The translations under genes and the position numbers were made by a program. From Ruditapes philippinarum (Eukaryota), in NCBI RefSeq assembly GCF_026571515.1, contig NW_026864712.1, positions 124,001-188,000 on the forward strand: 64,000 nucleotides of DNA. Reading direction: 5' to 3'. Under the pieces are notes generated by a model that made no database searches, was not told where the DNA came from, and saw only the letters and a program-made list of their open reading frames with translations. Within the stretch, counting starts at the first letter, position 1; each line of letters starts with the position of its first letter. Positions 1 to 13,456 of the stretch are shown here, piece by piece.

Positions 1-184
1 TCCACACTTACTAATTATGGTTCTATTAAGCCAACAAGATAGACCATTAGGGGAGGACCCCAGATAATGTTGGTTTAACTTTTGGTTCAACCGTTCTGTA
101 TGTACATTGTATTTATGCTTAAATTATTGATGTTAGATTGTGTAACACAAACTATACAATAAAATATTATTAAATTACCAATAC

Positions 185-3100
185 CTGTAAATCCCAGCCA
201 TGTAGGAAGATAATAGAGTGCACAGAATGAGACTAGCCCGATAAACCACCAGATTTTACTTATTGCTACATGTCTACATGCAGACATATACGCTCCAAAA
301 CATAACGCAACCAATATACAAGCTCTATAAAAATAAGAAAAATCAAAATTTAACAAAAAAGGACTGATCAGAAGATAACTTGTAACTTATAACTCACATA
401 AAAAAACTTTTTTCAAATAGGACTAATATAACTAAACTACTGCCAAAAAAGCCTAGTATCTGGTCAGACAAAACTGATTCATGTTTTGTGAGAACAAAAC
501 AAATTTTCAAATTTGTTGAATTATTTTCATTTATCTTGTAGTTGAGTTCAAACCAAGTCTACAATTTTCATGCAATTTTGTTGTTTTTAATGCTTCCGAG
601 GGATCACTTTTTTCCAGATATTTATTTTCAGTTTTGTTTGATACACCATGCCAGAAATTAGTCAACCTGATACCCAAAACTGAAAAACTAGTTTGAAAAT
701 AAGCCTTACTGTTACCTGTCTGATGGTCAGAAAACTATCTGGAAGCCTGTTCTGAGAGTATTGTAAATCTATATAAGTTTACTATTTCATAAATATTATT
801 TATCTTACACAGTGAAATAAACAATAACCTTTAGATAATTAGCCCAACAGATCAGAAAAACCTGATTTATTTTGAAGAAAGCGCACTAGACTTACCCCCA
901 TGGATAGGGCTCAGGTCCATTATCAGGGTATGCACGGACAGTCCACCTTGTTATAAGTGACACCTCTCCAAATACCCAATTTATCAAAAATAATAGACTA
1001 CCAAACCCCAGACCAGTGGCCAGTGAGTTAGGGTATTGTAACTTCTTGTCTACATGGCGTTCACCTTCATCTATCTTATCATAACCTGAAAATATTACAT
1101 TCCTTTACTCTCTAGTTCAAACGCAATATTTCATTTTATAAAACAATACAGTTATTAATTTCTGAGGCTTAATGTGCCTTTAATTAAATACCAAATTAAA
1201 AACATTCTGTATATAATGAAGTCAGGAAAGGAATAGTTACCTGAGAGGAATTGGTCAATTACCGCTATAGCTCCAATGGTAACGACCACAGTGTTGGACA
1301 TGTCTGACCACCAAGCTGGTACAAATGTTGTAAACCAGACACGACTTACAACAAACCCAATAAAACCAAGCAGTAAGCCCCAGCATGTTGATGCCCTGAA
1401 ACATCAATAAAACAGTAATAACTATTTATCTGAACAAGAGCTGTCAGTAGGACAGCATGCTTGAGTGCTTTTGATTAAAACAAGAGCCTGGATAATGTAG
1501 AAATTTCTAAGTTCAAAAAGGGCAATAATTCTGTCAAAATCCATGTAAGCGTTTTGGGCCTTGAACTGCGGACCAGCTGCCAGTGTCCTGCTTATGCCAA
1601 GGGGAGTGGCCCTACAATAGCTGAGGGGAGTGGCCCTACAAAGTAGGCAGAGTAGTCGAGGATGGTGTACTGAGGGTGCGTGAGCCAAAAATTAAAGCAT
1701 AATGTTTTTTTTTATTTTCCATTTGTTTTGTTAAATGTTTTTGTCAGCTAATTACTGTTTAGATCCATTGGTAATATAGTTAATGTAAACATATCTAATT
1801 TAGTTTGAATGTGATGAAAGCTTGAAGCTACTTTAAACTATTCTTGGATATATTTCCTGGAAATAACCGATACAAGTGACATATGAGGTTACATGGTTGT
1901 ACTCAAATAGGGCTCAATTCCATAATCCTTTGACAGGAAGACATCTTAATCTCTAGGCAACCTCTCCCCTTTATCAACTTTGAAGGTTAACAAGTGTATT
2001 TCAGTCTAAAAATGAACTGTCAATGTCCAGCAAGCTAGCTGGATGGCTTCTTTACATGAAAGAATGGAAGTTCAGACTTGAAAAATTCAAAAGAGATGAG
2101 GAAAGTACATCAAAATTTATTTGGATCTGACACAGTAACAATTGATCATCTCTTAGTCTATGAATGAACTGAGATTATAAATTAAACAGACTGATCCATT
2201 GTAAAGATATGAAATCTTCTTATATGAAGTGTTGTTTTATTATAATTCACCATCCTATTCATAATTTTACAAAATTTGTTTCAATAGGAATACACTTTAT
2301 TGTACATTAACATGTCAAAAATAAAAGATGCTGGTACAGGTCAACATATTCTCACCTGATTCTCTTACTTGGACTCCACAGTGTGGCTGTAAGTGTTAGA
2401 GTTGCTACACCATTACCAGCTGCCAGAGTAACAAGTCTTGATAGGGTGGTAGGTGCTTGAAATGACAACAGTGCACAAACACAAAGACCACGTAAACATC
2501 CCAGCACATACCACTTGTGTATAAAAATCCTTACCAAAGGTATTCCTGGCAGAAAAAAACAACAATACAATTTTTAAAAAAAAAAGATAAAGCAATATTT
2601 GTACATAATCATTGCAAAGTATTTTCTAATTTCATAATCATGCAATGCATGTTGCATGCTCACTTTTGTCTTTAGTTGGACATTTAAAATTATAACAACT
2701 TTCAGATTAGAAATTTGATGTTATTTTGTAAGTATGAAATACATTCCTTCCTGCTACATACAACTTTTAAACTATTGATCCAATGAGATGTTGGACAGCA
2801 AGAAAACTTAACAATATCTAAACCACTCTCAGATAAGCAAAACTGGTGTTATATCCTGCCGCAAATTACATGTATATTCTTATTAAATTGTCAATGTAAT
2901 TCCTAAGACTTATTTGTCATTCTTAAGACTTTTTGTCATTCTCAAGACTTATTTGTCATTCCTAAGACTTAAGACTAACTTGTCATTCTTGAGACTCATT
3001 TGTCATTCCTAAGACTCATTAGTGATTCTAATTTTAAGACTTATTTGTCATTTTCAAGACTTACTGTCAGTCCTAATGCTTACTTGTCACTCCTAGGACT

Positions 3101-6100
3101 TATTTGTCATTCCTTAGACTTATTTGTCATTCATAAGACTTAACACTTACTTGTCATTCCTAGGACATATTTGTCATTCTTAAGACTTATATATATGTCA
3201 TTTCTTAGACTTCTTTGTAATTCTTAAGACTTATTTGTCATTCTTAAGATATATTTTGTCATTCTTATGACTTATTTGTCATTTTTAAGACTCATTTCTC
3301 ATTCTCAAGTCTTACATGTCATTCCTAAGAATTAATAGTCATTCTTAAGACTTGTCATTCTTAAGACTCATTTGTCATTCCTAAGATTTATCTGTCATTC
3401 TTAAGACTCATTTGTCATTCCTAAGACTCATTTGTTATTCTAATTTTAAGACTTATTTGTCATTCTCAAGACTTACTGTCATTCCTAATGCTTATTTGTC
3501 ATTCTTAACTTATTTGTCATTCCTAAGACTTATTTGTCATTCATAAGACTTAACACTTACTTGTCATTCCTAGGACTTATTTGTCATTCTTAAGACTTAT
3601 TAGTTATATGTCATTTCTTAGACTTATTTGTCATTTTTAAGACTCATTTCTCATTCTCAAGTCTTACATGTCATTCCTAAGAATTAATTGTCATTCTTAA
3701 GACTCATTTGTCATTCCTAAGACTTATCTGTCATTCTTAAGACTTACTTGTCATTCCTAGGACTTATTTGTCATTCCAAAGACTCATTTGTTATTCTTAA
3801 CTTAAGACGTATTTGTCATTCTTAAAACTTATCTGTCATTCCTAATGCTTATTTGTCATTCTTAACATATTTGTCATTCTTATGACTTATTTGTCATTCC
3901 TAAGACTCATTTGTCATCGTTTAGACTTATTTGTCTTTCCTGAGACTTATTTGTCATTCATAAGACTTAACACTTAATACAATTCCTAGGACTTATTTGT
4001 CATTCCTAAGACTTATAATATATGTCATTTCTAAGACTTATTTGTCATTCTTAAGACTAATTTTTCATTCCCAATGCTTATTTGTCATTCTTAACATATT
4101 TGTCATTCCTAAGACTTATTTGTCATTCTTATGACTTATTTGCCATCCTTAAGACCTATTTGTCATTCCTAAAACTTATTTGAAATTCCTTAGACTTATT
4201 ACGTAGTTGTCATTCCTAGGACTTAGTTGTCATTCCTAAGACTGATTTGTCATTTTTAAGGGGTATGACTAAATACCGAATATGAGCTCATATTCGCGAA
4301 TATGAATTCATGTACGCGAATATGAACGGGAGTACCGAATATGAATATTGCTTTCATAATATTTAAGGCTAAAAGTAATAAATTGACAGTATTTTCAACA
4401 TAAACCATGATAAATATTTAGCATGTTAAAAAAAGTATTTTGATAAGTTTCTTTTGTAAATTACAGCGACAAGAATTATTTTTGGTGAAAACATTTTTTA
4501 AGAATAGAATTTCCGTTTGTAGAAATTTGAATGCGCGATTTCTATCAATAAAATTGACCATATGAGAAATAAATTACAATTTTACTGTTAAAAAATGACA
4601 TAATATATTTGAAATATAAATTGAAAAACAAGATATAGACTAACTGTAAAAATTACTGCCGAATATGGAAGTGAATACCGAATATGAACATTACGTTTAT
4701 AAAGGTTAGGTCAAGTAAAGCGACCACCACTATATATATATGATACATAATTTACGTTATTTACTTTGTATAGTTTTTTCGGTTTTATAGTATGTTTGTT
4801 ATATGTTAATATAATTTTAGGAAAGAAATACATATTATAAAGATGCAAGTGTTTTTCATTTTGTCAGAAAAAGTACGTATTATATATGATTGAAAATATG
4901 ACTTGATTTAATTGTTTCCTTTATCACATACAAATGTCTTGACTTTTCTCGAGTCGTACATCATATAAGACGAAATATCGCTTGCGCTTTGGGGATATAT
5001 GTTCCTATAATAACATATGCTGGTTGAATATTCCTTATTCCGTATTGACGTCACGTCATTTGCGCTTTATAGAAACATAGCGTTAAAGCGCGCTAATGTT
5101 AGCGTTGCACTATAGGCGCGTCATTGAAAAAATACCCATTTTAACAGTTTACTGTTCTTATTTTATATATGTGATAAATAGAATATTATATTCGTATAGA
5201 TTTAATACTAAATTTATTGAACTCGTTGAATAAAACAATATTATGCTCGCCAGAGGCTCGCATAATATGATTTTATTCAACTCGTTCAATAAATTTAGTA
5301 TTAAACTACACTCATTCAATATCCTCTATATATTAGGCCATGTGTAATAATAATTATCTAAAAGAGTTAAACGTAATTCTCTATAAAAAGGACATATTAA
5401 CAAAAAATGATACTCGGATTCAACTTGCTTCATATTACATCTTCTACATAATCTTTCGCTTCTTAAAATATTCTTATATCGACCTTCTTCAATCTCTAAG
5501 TTGTGTGAGGAACATCTAAATCTCGCGTGCCTCGACATTAACAGAATTTAAATAACTAGCTTGAATAAAGTTTAACGTAAATTCTTTATAATAATCTAAT
5601 TTAGAACCATTGTTGCCGTAACATAAAATTGGTAATACCATTGAATTAAAGAGTTTTAATTTATCTTCAATCTTTATAGAAAGAGTGGATTGTTGCCTCG
5701 AAATTTAGAATTTTTGTCTTATCGAAATTGTTTCAAAATTTAAATACTTAGGAACATTGTTTACCACAGGTGGTTCATTTAGAGAACACGATGTAATGTT
5801 ATCAGGACAAGCTTTAAAAGCAATATACAAAATGAATAAATATGTATATAAATTCACAGATCTTTCTGTAAAACACCATTTAGAACTTTTTGATAAGTTT
5901 ATTTTACCAATTTTGTGTTATTCCTCAGAAGAACCTAATACATACACGAAGTATTTCTTATTATTATATATTTGAATGTAGAATCTCTCAAAAGTAAATA
6001 ACTTGTAAATTAAATATATAATCAATGGTAACCATTATAATAATGAAAGAAAAGAAATACTTGCAGTCACGTCATCTTGCTACGTAATTATTTATTTACT

Positions 6101-9100
6101 TATGCATACATGTTATTGTATATATTATGAATGCTTGTACATGACTCTTTTGAGAGTTAATTTGCAAAATAAAGATTCTTCTTTTTTAAATTGACATTAT
6201 CAAAAATGGAGTTCAAAGAATAAAGAGCCTTTAAAGCTTGGTTTTGAGCTTGATAAAAACTTCCATAAGTTGATAGCGTTACTCCTAAATAAGTAAATTT
6301 TTTAACTTGTTTTAAAATTTTATTGTCATACTTAAGCGATATATTTAAAGATCTATGACAAATATTTTTGTTTAAAATAAGTGTATGAGCTTAAAACAGG
6401 CTTTGATATTTTGTTAAATATAAGAAAATATTAAAATACTAATACATGAAAATTACTTATTATGCGTGTACACGTGCGTCTCTGTGTGACATAAAGTCTC
6501 CCTTTTTACAAACATTATATTTCTGAGAAACATATTGAAGTAACATGAAGAGAATGGAATACTTTTTACATTTAACTAGTTTGAAAATATCAAAGTGATT
6601 AACTTTGAATCAATTTTTTTATGATTCAAGTCTCTTACATTTGAGTAAAAACATATTTTATTATGATAATTAGAATACCAAAAGTTTCTGTTATAAAATT
6701 AGAGGGTGTTAAATAAAACCCCATTAAACATTAGTGATATAAAAGTCATATCACAACGCCTTAATTTGAGCGACAGAATTTTCGTTTTGATGACAATTAT
6801 ATAAATGAGTTATTTATAAAAGCAACTATGTTAAATAATGATTTTCATAATTTGATTTAGGAAGAGAAATTATTTTTTTCTTTAAGAATGATGATGTAAT
6901 CAGATGTTGTGCAAGAGCCTGCTTTCTGATATTACAGATGTAAAATAGTTTTTATCCTGTAAATTTATTTTTGTTTTATTTTAGGTTAATATGTTTTACT
7001 CGATTACAAGATACAAATTTTAAGTATGTTCGATTTAAATAAAACATATTATCATTATTTTACAACCACTTTGTAGTGTTGAGTATATTGCCAAATTATT
7101 CCCCATCTTCTTCTTTTACTTCTTTTATAGCATTTTAAAGATAAATCAGATTTCTACTTGTATCTATCTGTTTTTTTATTATTTATTTACTTTTTATATG
7201 TTTGTTTCTTTTTTCCTCAATGACGTACAGACAGTCATGGCTCAATAGTTTTGTTTGTGTTTTTATCATTAATTAAATAGCAATACGACGCAAATCATGA
7301 TTTTCGTTATTCAATAAAACCGCGCGGCTGTATTACACATTCATCAAGAAAATGAAATTTTCGTGCAAATCTCTATACCTGTTTTCTTTTGCTTTTACAG
7401 TTTGATAAAACTATTTACTGCAATACCCATATAACAAAAATACCTTCAAAGATTATTTGCATTACATAATATTACTGTCATTTTCTTCATACCCATTTTA
7501 TTTTATTTTGTCTACTGACTTTGTTCACATGTTATTACATTATACTTGTATATTGTAATCTGTGTCATTCTAAATAAAGTATATGTTCTGTTCTGTTCTG
7601 TACTGTACGTAAATAGTAAGATTACATGTGATAAATGGTTACATATGTCTCTTATAAATCTCAGTTGATTGGGCATGCATGTATTTTCAATGTATATGAA
7701 TTTTATCTACTGTACATGTGAGAAAGGGAAATGTATATTTAATTAGGATAAATATGAAGTAAAATATGTACATACTGCATAGCGTCGGTAAACTGAAATA
7801 ATTATACCAATTCGTTAAAGCCGAGATAATATTTTAAGTTGTTTTTTTTTTCTTTTATTTCGTTTCATTCGTATGTGAAAAAAATCATTAATCAAGGTCC
7901 AAATTATTATTACGTTGGTCAGAATACAATTCGCACTGAAATAAACATCTCATCTTCTACTAAGTTCGAGGAACAAAGTTTACAAAATCTCTTCTGGTTG
8001 CCTTCCGACATATTTTCAAGTTTCAATTCTAATATATTTTCAATATATTAATATACCCATTCTAAACTGACATAAAATCGAATGTTATTTATTACATATA
8101 TATTTACACATAAATTAATGTTTAACGTATTTCTGAAGCTAAATTGTTAATTTAATTCTAATAATATATATTCAAATAATGGTACATTGTTGTATAATTG
8201 GAATTGCAAAACGTAAGACTACAGACATATTAACAAAGCAGAGTGAATAAAGAATTCATTTTAATTTTTTCCCTTCACTATCCCATGACCAAGTAATCAC
8301 TAGGGCGGAGTTATAGTATTTATCGCGCCTGATATGTTTTGGTTTGGACAAACCTATTTTGGAGGCGTGGTTCTAAGTACAATTATCCAATGAAATGATA
8401 CGCTGGGTGGAGCTAATGACCGCCCCGGATTTCAAATCAAATTAAAAGCATTTAAAGAAACAATAAAAAGATTTTTTTTCAAAATGAACTCTGACTGTAC
8501 ATTTATAATTCTTTATATTACATATCATCTTAAAACTTAAAAACAAAAATTAATGTTATATATGTCGAGTATCAAATGAGACATTATTGCAATTATTTAC
8601 TTCCAGTTAAATAATTATGTTTTTGTTCTGCTTTAATCATTTACCACATTTTCTGTTAACTTTAACTTTGAATTTTACCTATATCTTTTTCACAATTTAC
8701 TTTTGCTGTGTTTTCTCTCAAATTAAATAAGTTAGTAAAAGTAAATCGTAAAAGAAAATGCCTAAGTTTTCACAGTTCGATGCTATCGTTCTATCGTTCG
8801 ATGCTATCGTTCGTTCGCTCGTTCGTTCATTCGTTCGTTCATTCATTCATATATTTCGGTGCTTGAGGTGATAATCATGCTCTAACATGCTTTAAAATCA
8901 TTTAGACATTGTAAAACTGTACATAAACTTTCTTTTTCTAAAGACGAAAATTTTATCCGTTTCTAAATGTGCATTTTCTATCTAAAATATGAACTTAATC
9001 TGAAACTTTTATTTACGCTCTAGAGAAACCCTTTAAAAACTAAAGCTAAAATAAATAAAAAATAAATTAAAATAAATTCTCAGCTGTAACATTCACAATA

Positions 9101-12100
9101 CAACAATCAGAAGTTAACATTATAAACCTTTTAAACGCATCTAATGTATAATACTATGATTGCTGCATAGTAATTTACATTTTTAAAAAAGGATTCAAGA
9201 CTTCATATTCGTTATGAGAAAGATTGTACAGCAAATAATGATGAAAAGTTCATTATTAACCAAAAATATATGAACAATATACTTTTGTTGTGTATTTCTT
9301 TTCATTTCTTAATTTATTAACTTTTTTCTCTCTCAAGCTTTTTAAGTGCTCTTCAGCAGGCAAGCAGCTTTAAATGTCAAAACATAAATAAGATCTCTTT
9401 TTTACAGTCAAAAAATCCCAACGATAAATCCCTATTTACACACGTATAAACATATATGAAGATTATGTTTTCCTTATTTTTGGCCGACTTTTTCACATGT
9501 GCACGTGCGGTGCTATTTAACTATTATATTTCAATAATTAAATTTATTAATTATTTAAGATTTACCGGGGCCAGAATTGCATTGAAGTCGCTATTCAATG
9601 CATTCTGACTCACAATAATCTTACATAAAACATGCGCATGAAAAAGACCATCTACCGTGCATAAACGGTTAAATTGATGGAATAAGTCACGTACTATGCT
9701 ATCATTATTTTTAATTAATGTTTTTGATGGGTTTCCTTAACAACTTCAATCGAATCATGATAAAAACTGAAATACATGAGGTTATCAGGAAGTCTTCACC
9801 TTTTGTAAAAAAAAGAAAGAAAAAAAAAACATCTATATAAAAAAAAAAAATTCACGAAAATATTAGTATAAAAAAACTCTTAAAAAATAGAATGAACGTG
9901 TTGAGTGTTTTTTTTAATAATTCAGAAAATCGGGTACCACTAAAATACGCAATGGAGATTTTTGGCGCAACGGATATATGAAAAAAAAACTGGCACGCCA
10001 GTCATTTGGTTATATTTGAGTATATAAAATTATTGTTAAGCACAAGTTAGTAAATTTGTTTTAAAATGTGTCATAATTTGTATATGTGTAATTGCATTTG
10101 AGGTAATATGTCTGGCGAAATGGCACAACGCAGAGATAACTTTAGCAAAAACGTAATTGATTAAAATTAAAGTTATTTGAATAAATAAATAAAGAAAGAA
10201 ATAAAAATATCAGTATATAATATAAATTGTATATGATATAGCTAATTTTGATGTTGTAAAGGATTGTGTGCCGTCAAAATGGACTTATGTACAGAAGAGT
10301 ATACTGACCCCCCTTATATATTTTTTTATGCCTTCAGAAAAAAGAAACTTTGTATAATACATATCTGTAAAAAATTGACAAGTTATATGATATTAAAAAT
10401 AGATCTTCAGAGTTTTATCTGTTATTATACACCATAAATCACAAATATGCATGTTTCTTCGATGATATTTGGAAATTTAAGAGAACAGAATGTTCTTCTT
10501 AACATACAGTAGTTGTACACTTTAGCCTTTATCATATGAATCTCATGAAAAAAGATGTATGAATTTATAAGTTAAAGTAGATTCTATTGGTATAATCAGT
10601 TGCATCTATTATTATAATAGTAAATGGCCCTTTTCTCGCTTTGATATAAAAATACATGTATAATCATTGAAAAAGGGATGATAGAAATATTTATAGTATA
10701 AGTTATTAAAAGTTTCAATACCATTTATATAATAATAATATATATCAGTTAAAAATTATAATATTTTTTATATCATACTGGCAAGGTACTCGTGTACCGC
10801 AAGCGTGTTATCATAACGATCAACTTATTTTATGAAACATATCAAACATCATCTAAGCTAAAAACTAAGGTAAAGAATATATATATTATAATTATATGAT
10901 TATATCATCTATATATCTGTCATACAAATAATACCTCGAAAACATACTGTTTTCAAATTGATCATTTTTGAAAGACTATTAATTATTATTATCAATTTGT
11001 ATTACTAATTTCACGATTATAAGTTATTATAAGATCTACCCGTTATGCAAATCTTTATTTTCCGTTGCGCCGAAGTTAAGTCCAATTCGCCGTGCATTTA
11101 GAATATTCTACCGTGTGACCAATACCAAATTTTTATATCATTTTTAATAACTATTTTTTAGAGATAAAAAAAACAGTAGTTTTGACCGATGAATTTTTGC
11201 AACGATACATTGAATACTTATAATGAAAAAAAGATGTTTTATGTTGATTCTGCTGTTTCAAAGTATGACTTTATTTAGAAAATATACTAACGCAAATTCA
11301 AACAAGCAATTATCATAGTATTGCAAGCAATCCATAAGTCCCCTACCGGTTAGAACCCCAGCAACATTCTGATTTCAATTTTACCAGTGAATGAATGACA
11401 TGAATGAACTTAAATCTTTTGAGTTCTAAGTTTGTCTATTTCATAGTAATGTGTAATTTAGTTTCCCTTCCTAGTAAGGAAATATTGTTTGTACAACCTT
11501 GTCATATTATTACGATGTGGGATTTTAAAGTAAATCCTATAAGGAATGAAGAAGTTGGAGTAAAAAATACCAATTTCTCGAAAAAAATCTAAGTTCAAGA
11601 AGGACATAATTCTGGAATAGTCTTGCTAGAGTATTTAACCTTCTCAAAAATGTTGAGTGATAATGAGAAACATATATATTTGTAGTAGATACATTAGGAA
11701 ATAAAGAAGTTATTTAAAAATGACAACATTTTTTTCATAAAAATTCTAAGTTCAAGGGAGGTAATACTGATAATTTTTGTGCTAGAGTTGTAAACCTTGT
11801 CACATAAGATGTGGTTGATGACCAGAAACTTATGATGCAGTAAATGGTAGTCTCTATCGACAAAACTTTTCCAACAAATTTCATATTGAGTTACTGTATG
11901 TTTAAAATTCATATTCGGTATATTCGTTCACGAATATGAATTACATATCTCTATAAGGAGCGATAACTTGCAATTAACCTAGCAAATATAAATTGTCATC
12001 CATGTTTAATCAAGGATTCTTTCTTTCAGACTTTTATTAGTGACCGAATAATTAACAATAGGGGTAAAAAAAATAAAAGAAAAAAAAAACAACAACCTCG

Positions 12101-13456
12101 TATTCACATATACATGTATATACATGTTTATATACTGTACGTCGTTCTGGCCGTGGTGACTAAATAAAGTTGAATAAAGCAAATATTAACATAACATATA
12201 TAATTTTAACTTTTAACTTTCTTTTCTATACTTTTAGAAGATTATAAACAATAGGCCTAATGTTCATCTTCATTATTCTTGTTAATATTCGGATAGGCCT
12301 ACCGTTCTGGTCACAATATTTATTACAAATTAAAGTCAGATTTATCTAGTTTTTTCATTCAAAGACATGATACAAGTAAATGATATTCTCTATTCTCTGT
12401 GGACGAAAAATATCCAAAAACAGCTGTTTTTTTATGAAAATAAAATTCATATTCGGTACTCCCGTTCATATTCGCGAACATGAATTCATATTCGCGAATA
12501 TGAGTTCATATTCGGTATTTAGTCATACCGATTTTTAAGACATATTTTGTCATTCTTATGACTTATTTGTCATTTTTAAGACTCATTTGTCATTTTCAAG
12601 ATTTATTTGTCATTCTTAAGACTCATTTGTCATTCCGTAGACTTATCTGTCATTCTTAAAACTTATTTGTCATTCCTTAGACGTATTTTCATTCTGAAGA
12701 CTTACCTATCATTCTTAAGACTTATCTGTCATTCCTAAGATTTATTTTTCATTCCTTAAAGTTTAAACTTATTTGTTGAAAATACAAGTATTGAAAGTCG
12801 GTAATGACTAACATTATCAGACTGAGCATTATTTTACAATGAGCAATACATTTGGGACAGCAGTGTCAAATGGTGTCACAAACTAAAAATCAAAACTGAC
12901 ACAATAGGAATGAAGTTACCTGCTAGAATTTGTGTAAACCAAAGCGCTGCAAAAGCTTCATATCCTGAGATTTCTAAGTCATTTAAAGGATAGAACCAAA
13001 TCATTGGGGCTAATCCCTGGAACAAACACCAGAATACGTAACCTGAAACATCAAGTTACAACAGTAAGCTCAATATCTAAAGTCATGGTAAGCAATTAGT
13101 CCAAAACTACACCTATAGATACACTATAAAATAAAATTTGCATAGTTCCATGTCAGACTGATGCTGTTGAAGTAACAATCAACTAACCCTGTACGCTTAA
13201 AATGCATAACAAACTATTATCTCACATTTTATTTAAAAACAGCATTATAGGTACGAAAACATAAAGGGCGAAAGACTGTAAACAAAAAATATTCCACAAA
13301 TTTATATTAGAAATCTGGTGTGTCAAAAAGAAAAGTACAAACACATTGCATCTTACCGTTTATTCCTTCTCTTATAGTGTGTCTCATACTGATACAATCA
13401 GGACTTGAAACAACCTTGCTTTGCTTTTCCGGCTTCGACGTTTGTTTCGTACCCAT
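185..13456 (-). CDS. CWH43: PGAP2-interacting protein / CWH43 (GPI lipid remodelling), first six coding exons; 3' part lies beyond the left edge
   Basis: Exons 13357-13456, 12920-13042, 2356-2545, 1241-1395, 896-1085 and 185-324 all have GT-AG boundaries and consistent phases (1,1,2,1,2,1). Translation includes GYVFWCLFQGLAPMIWFYPLNDLEISGYE, SFQAPTTLSRL, WGLLLGFIGFVVSRVWFTT and FGSLLFLINWVFGEVSLITRW...GPEPYPWG. These match the vertebrate CWH43 N-terminal membrane region as I recall it (PMIYYFPLQTLELTGLE; SFQAP; WVFGEVSLVSRW). Confidence 0.9.
2893..4260. repeat. 20-bp minisatellite (GACTTATTTGTCATTCYTAA)n, left part
   Basis: Directly visible tandem array of dozens of degenerate 20-mers in CWH43 intron 2. 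Confidence 0.95.
5065..5327. mobile_element. Short non-autonomous repeat with a long terminal hairpin, ending AATATCCTCTAT (possibly Crypton-like)
   Basis: About 100-bp inverted repeat centred on TTATGCTCGCCAGAGGCTCGCATAA. A homologous copy is split across 16779-16888 and 19922-20078. Superfamily is a guess. Confidence 0.6.
5328..5538 (-). pseudogene. LINE (CR1/L2-type) ORF2 C-terminal fragment
   Basis: RFRCSSHNLEIEEGRY...RLC..C...VESEYHFLLICPFY is homologous to the LINE C-terminus at 37099-37485. Confidence 0.85.
5750..5930 (+). pseudogene. LINE ORF2 post-RT fragment
   Basis: FTTGGSF...LSGQALKA...LFDKFILPILCYSSE aligns with FSYTGSF...LSDQGLRA...LFERMVALILLYGSE of the LINE at 37514-38368. 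Confidence 0.75.
8777..8850. repeat. (TTCG)n/(TTCA)n microsatellite
   Basis: Directly visible. Confidence 0.8.
12531..12775. repeat. 20-bp minisatellite, right part (continuation of 2893-4260)
   Basis: The same GACTTATTTGTCATTCTTAA unit resumes immediately after the TSD. Confidence 0.93.

Larger units (their letters stand above)
4261..12530. mobile_element. 8.3-kb non-autonomous TIR DNA transposon, Mutator/MULE-like
   Basis: About 85-bp TIRs (GGGTATGACTAAATACCGAATATGAG... / ...CATATTCGGTATTTAGTCATACCG) built of repeated CGAATATGA motifs. Exact 9-bp TSD ATTTTTAAG at 4252-4260 and 12531-12539. No transposase ORF inside. A 9-bp TSD is typical of Mutator. Confidence 0.85.

Noticed and set aside
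2893-4260. Regular short repeats resembling a CRISPR array
   Set aside because: The monomers are contiguous with no unique spacers, there are no cas genes, and the array lies in a eukaryotic intron.
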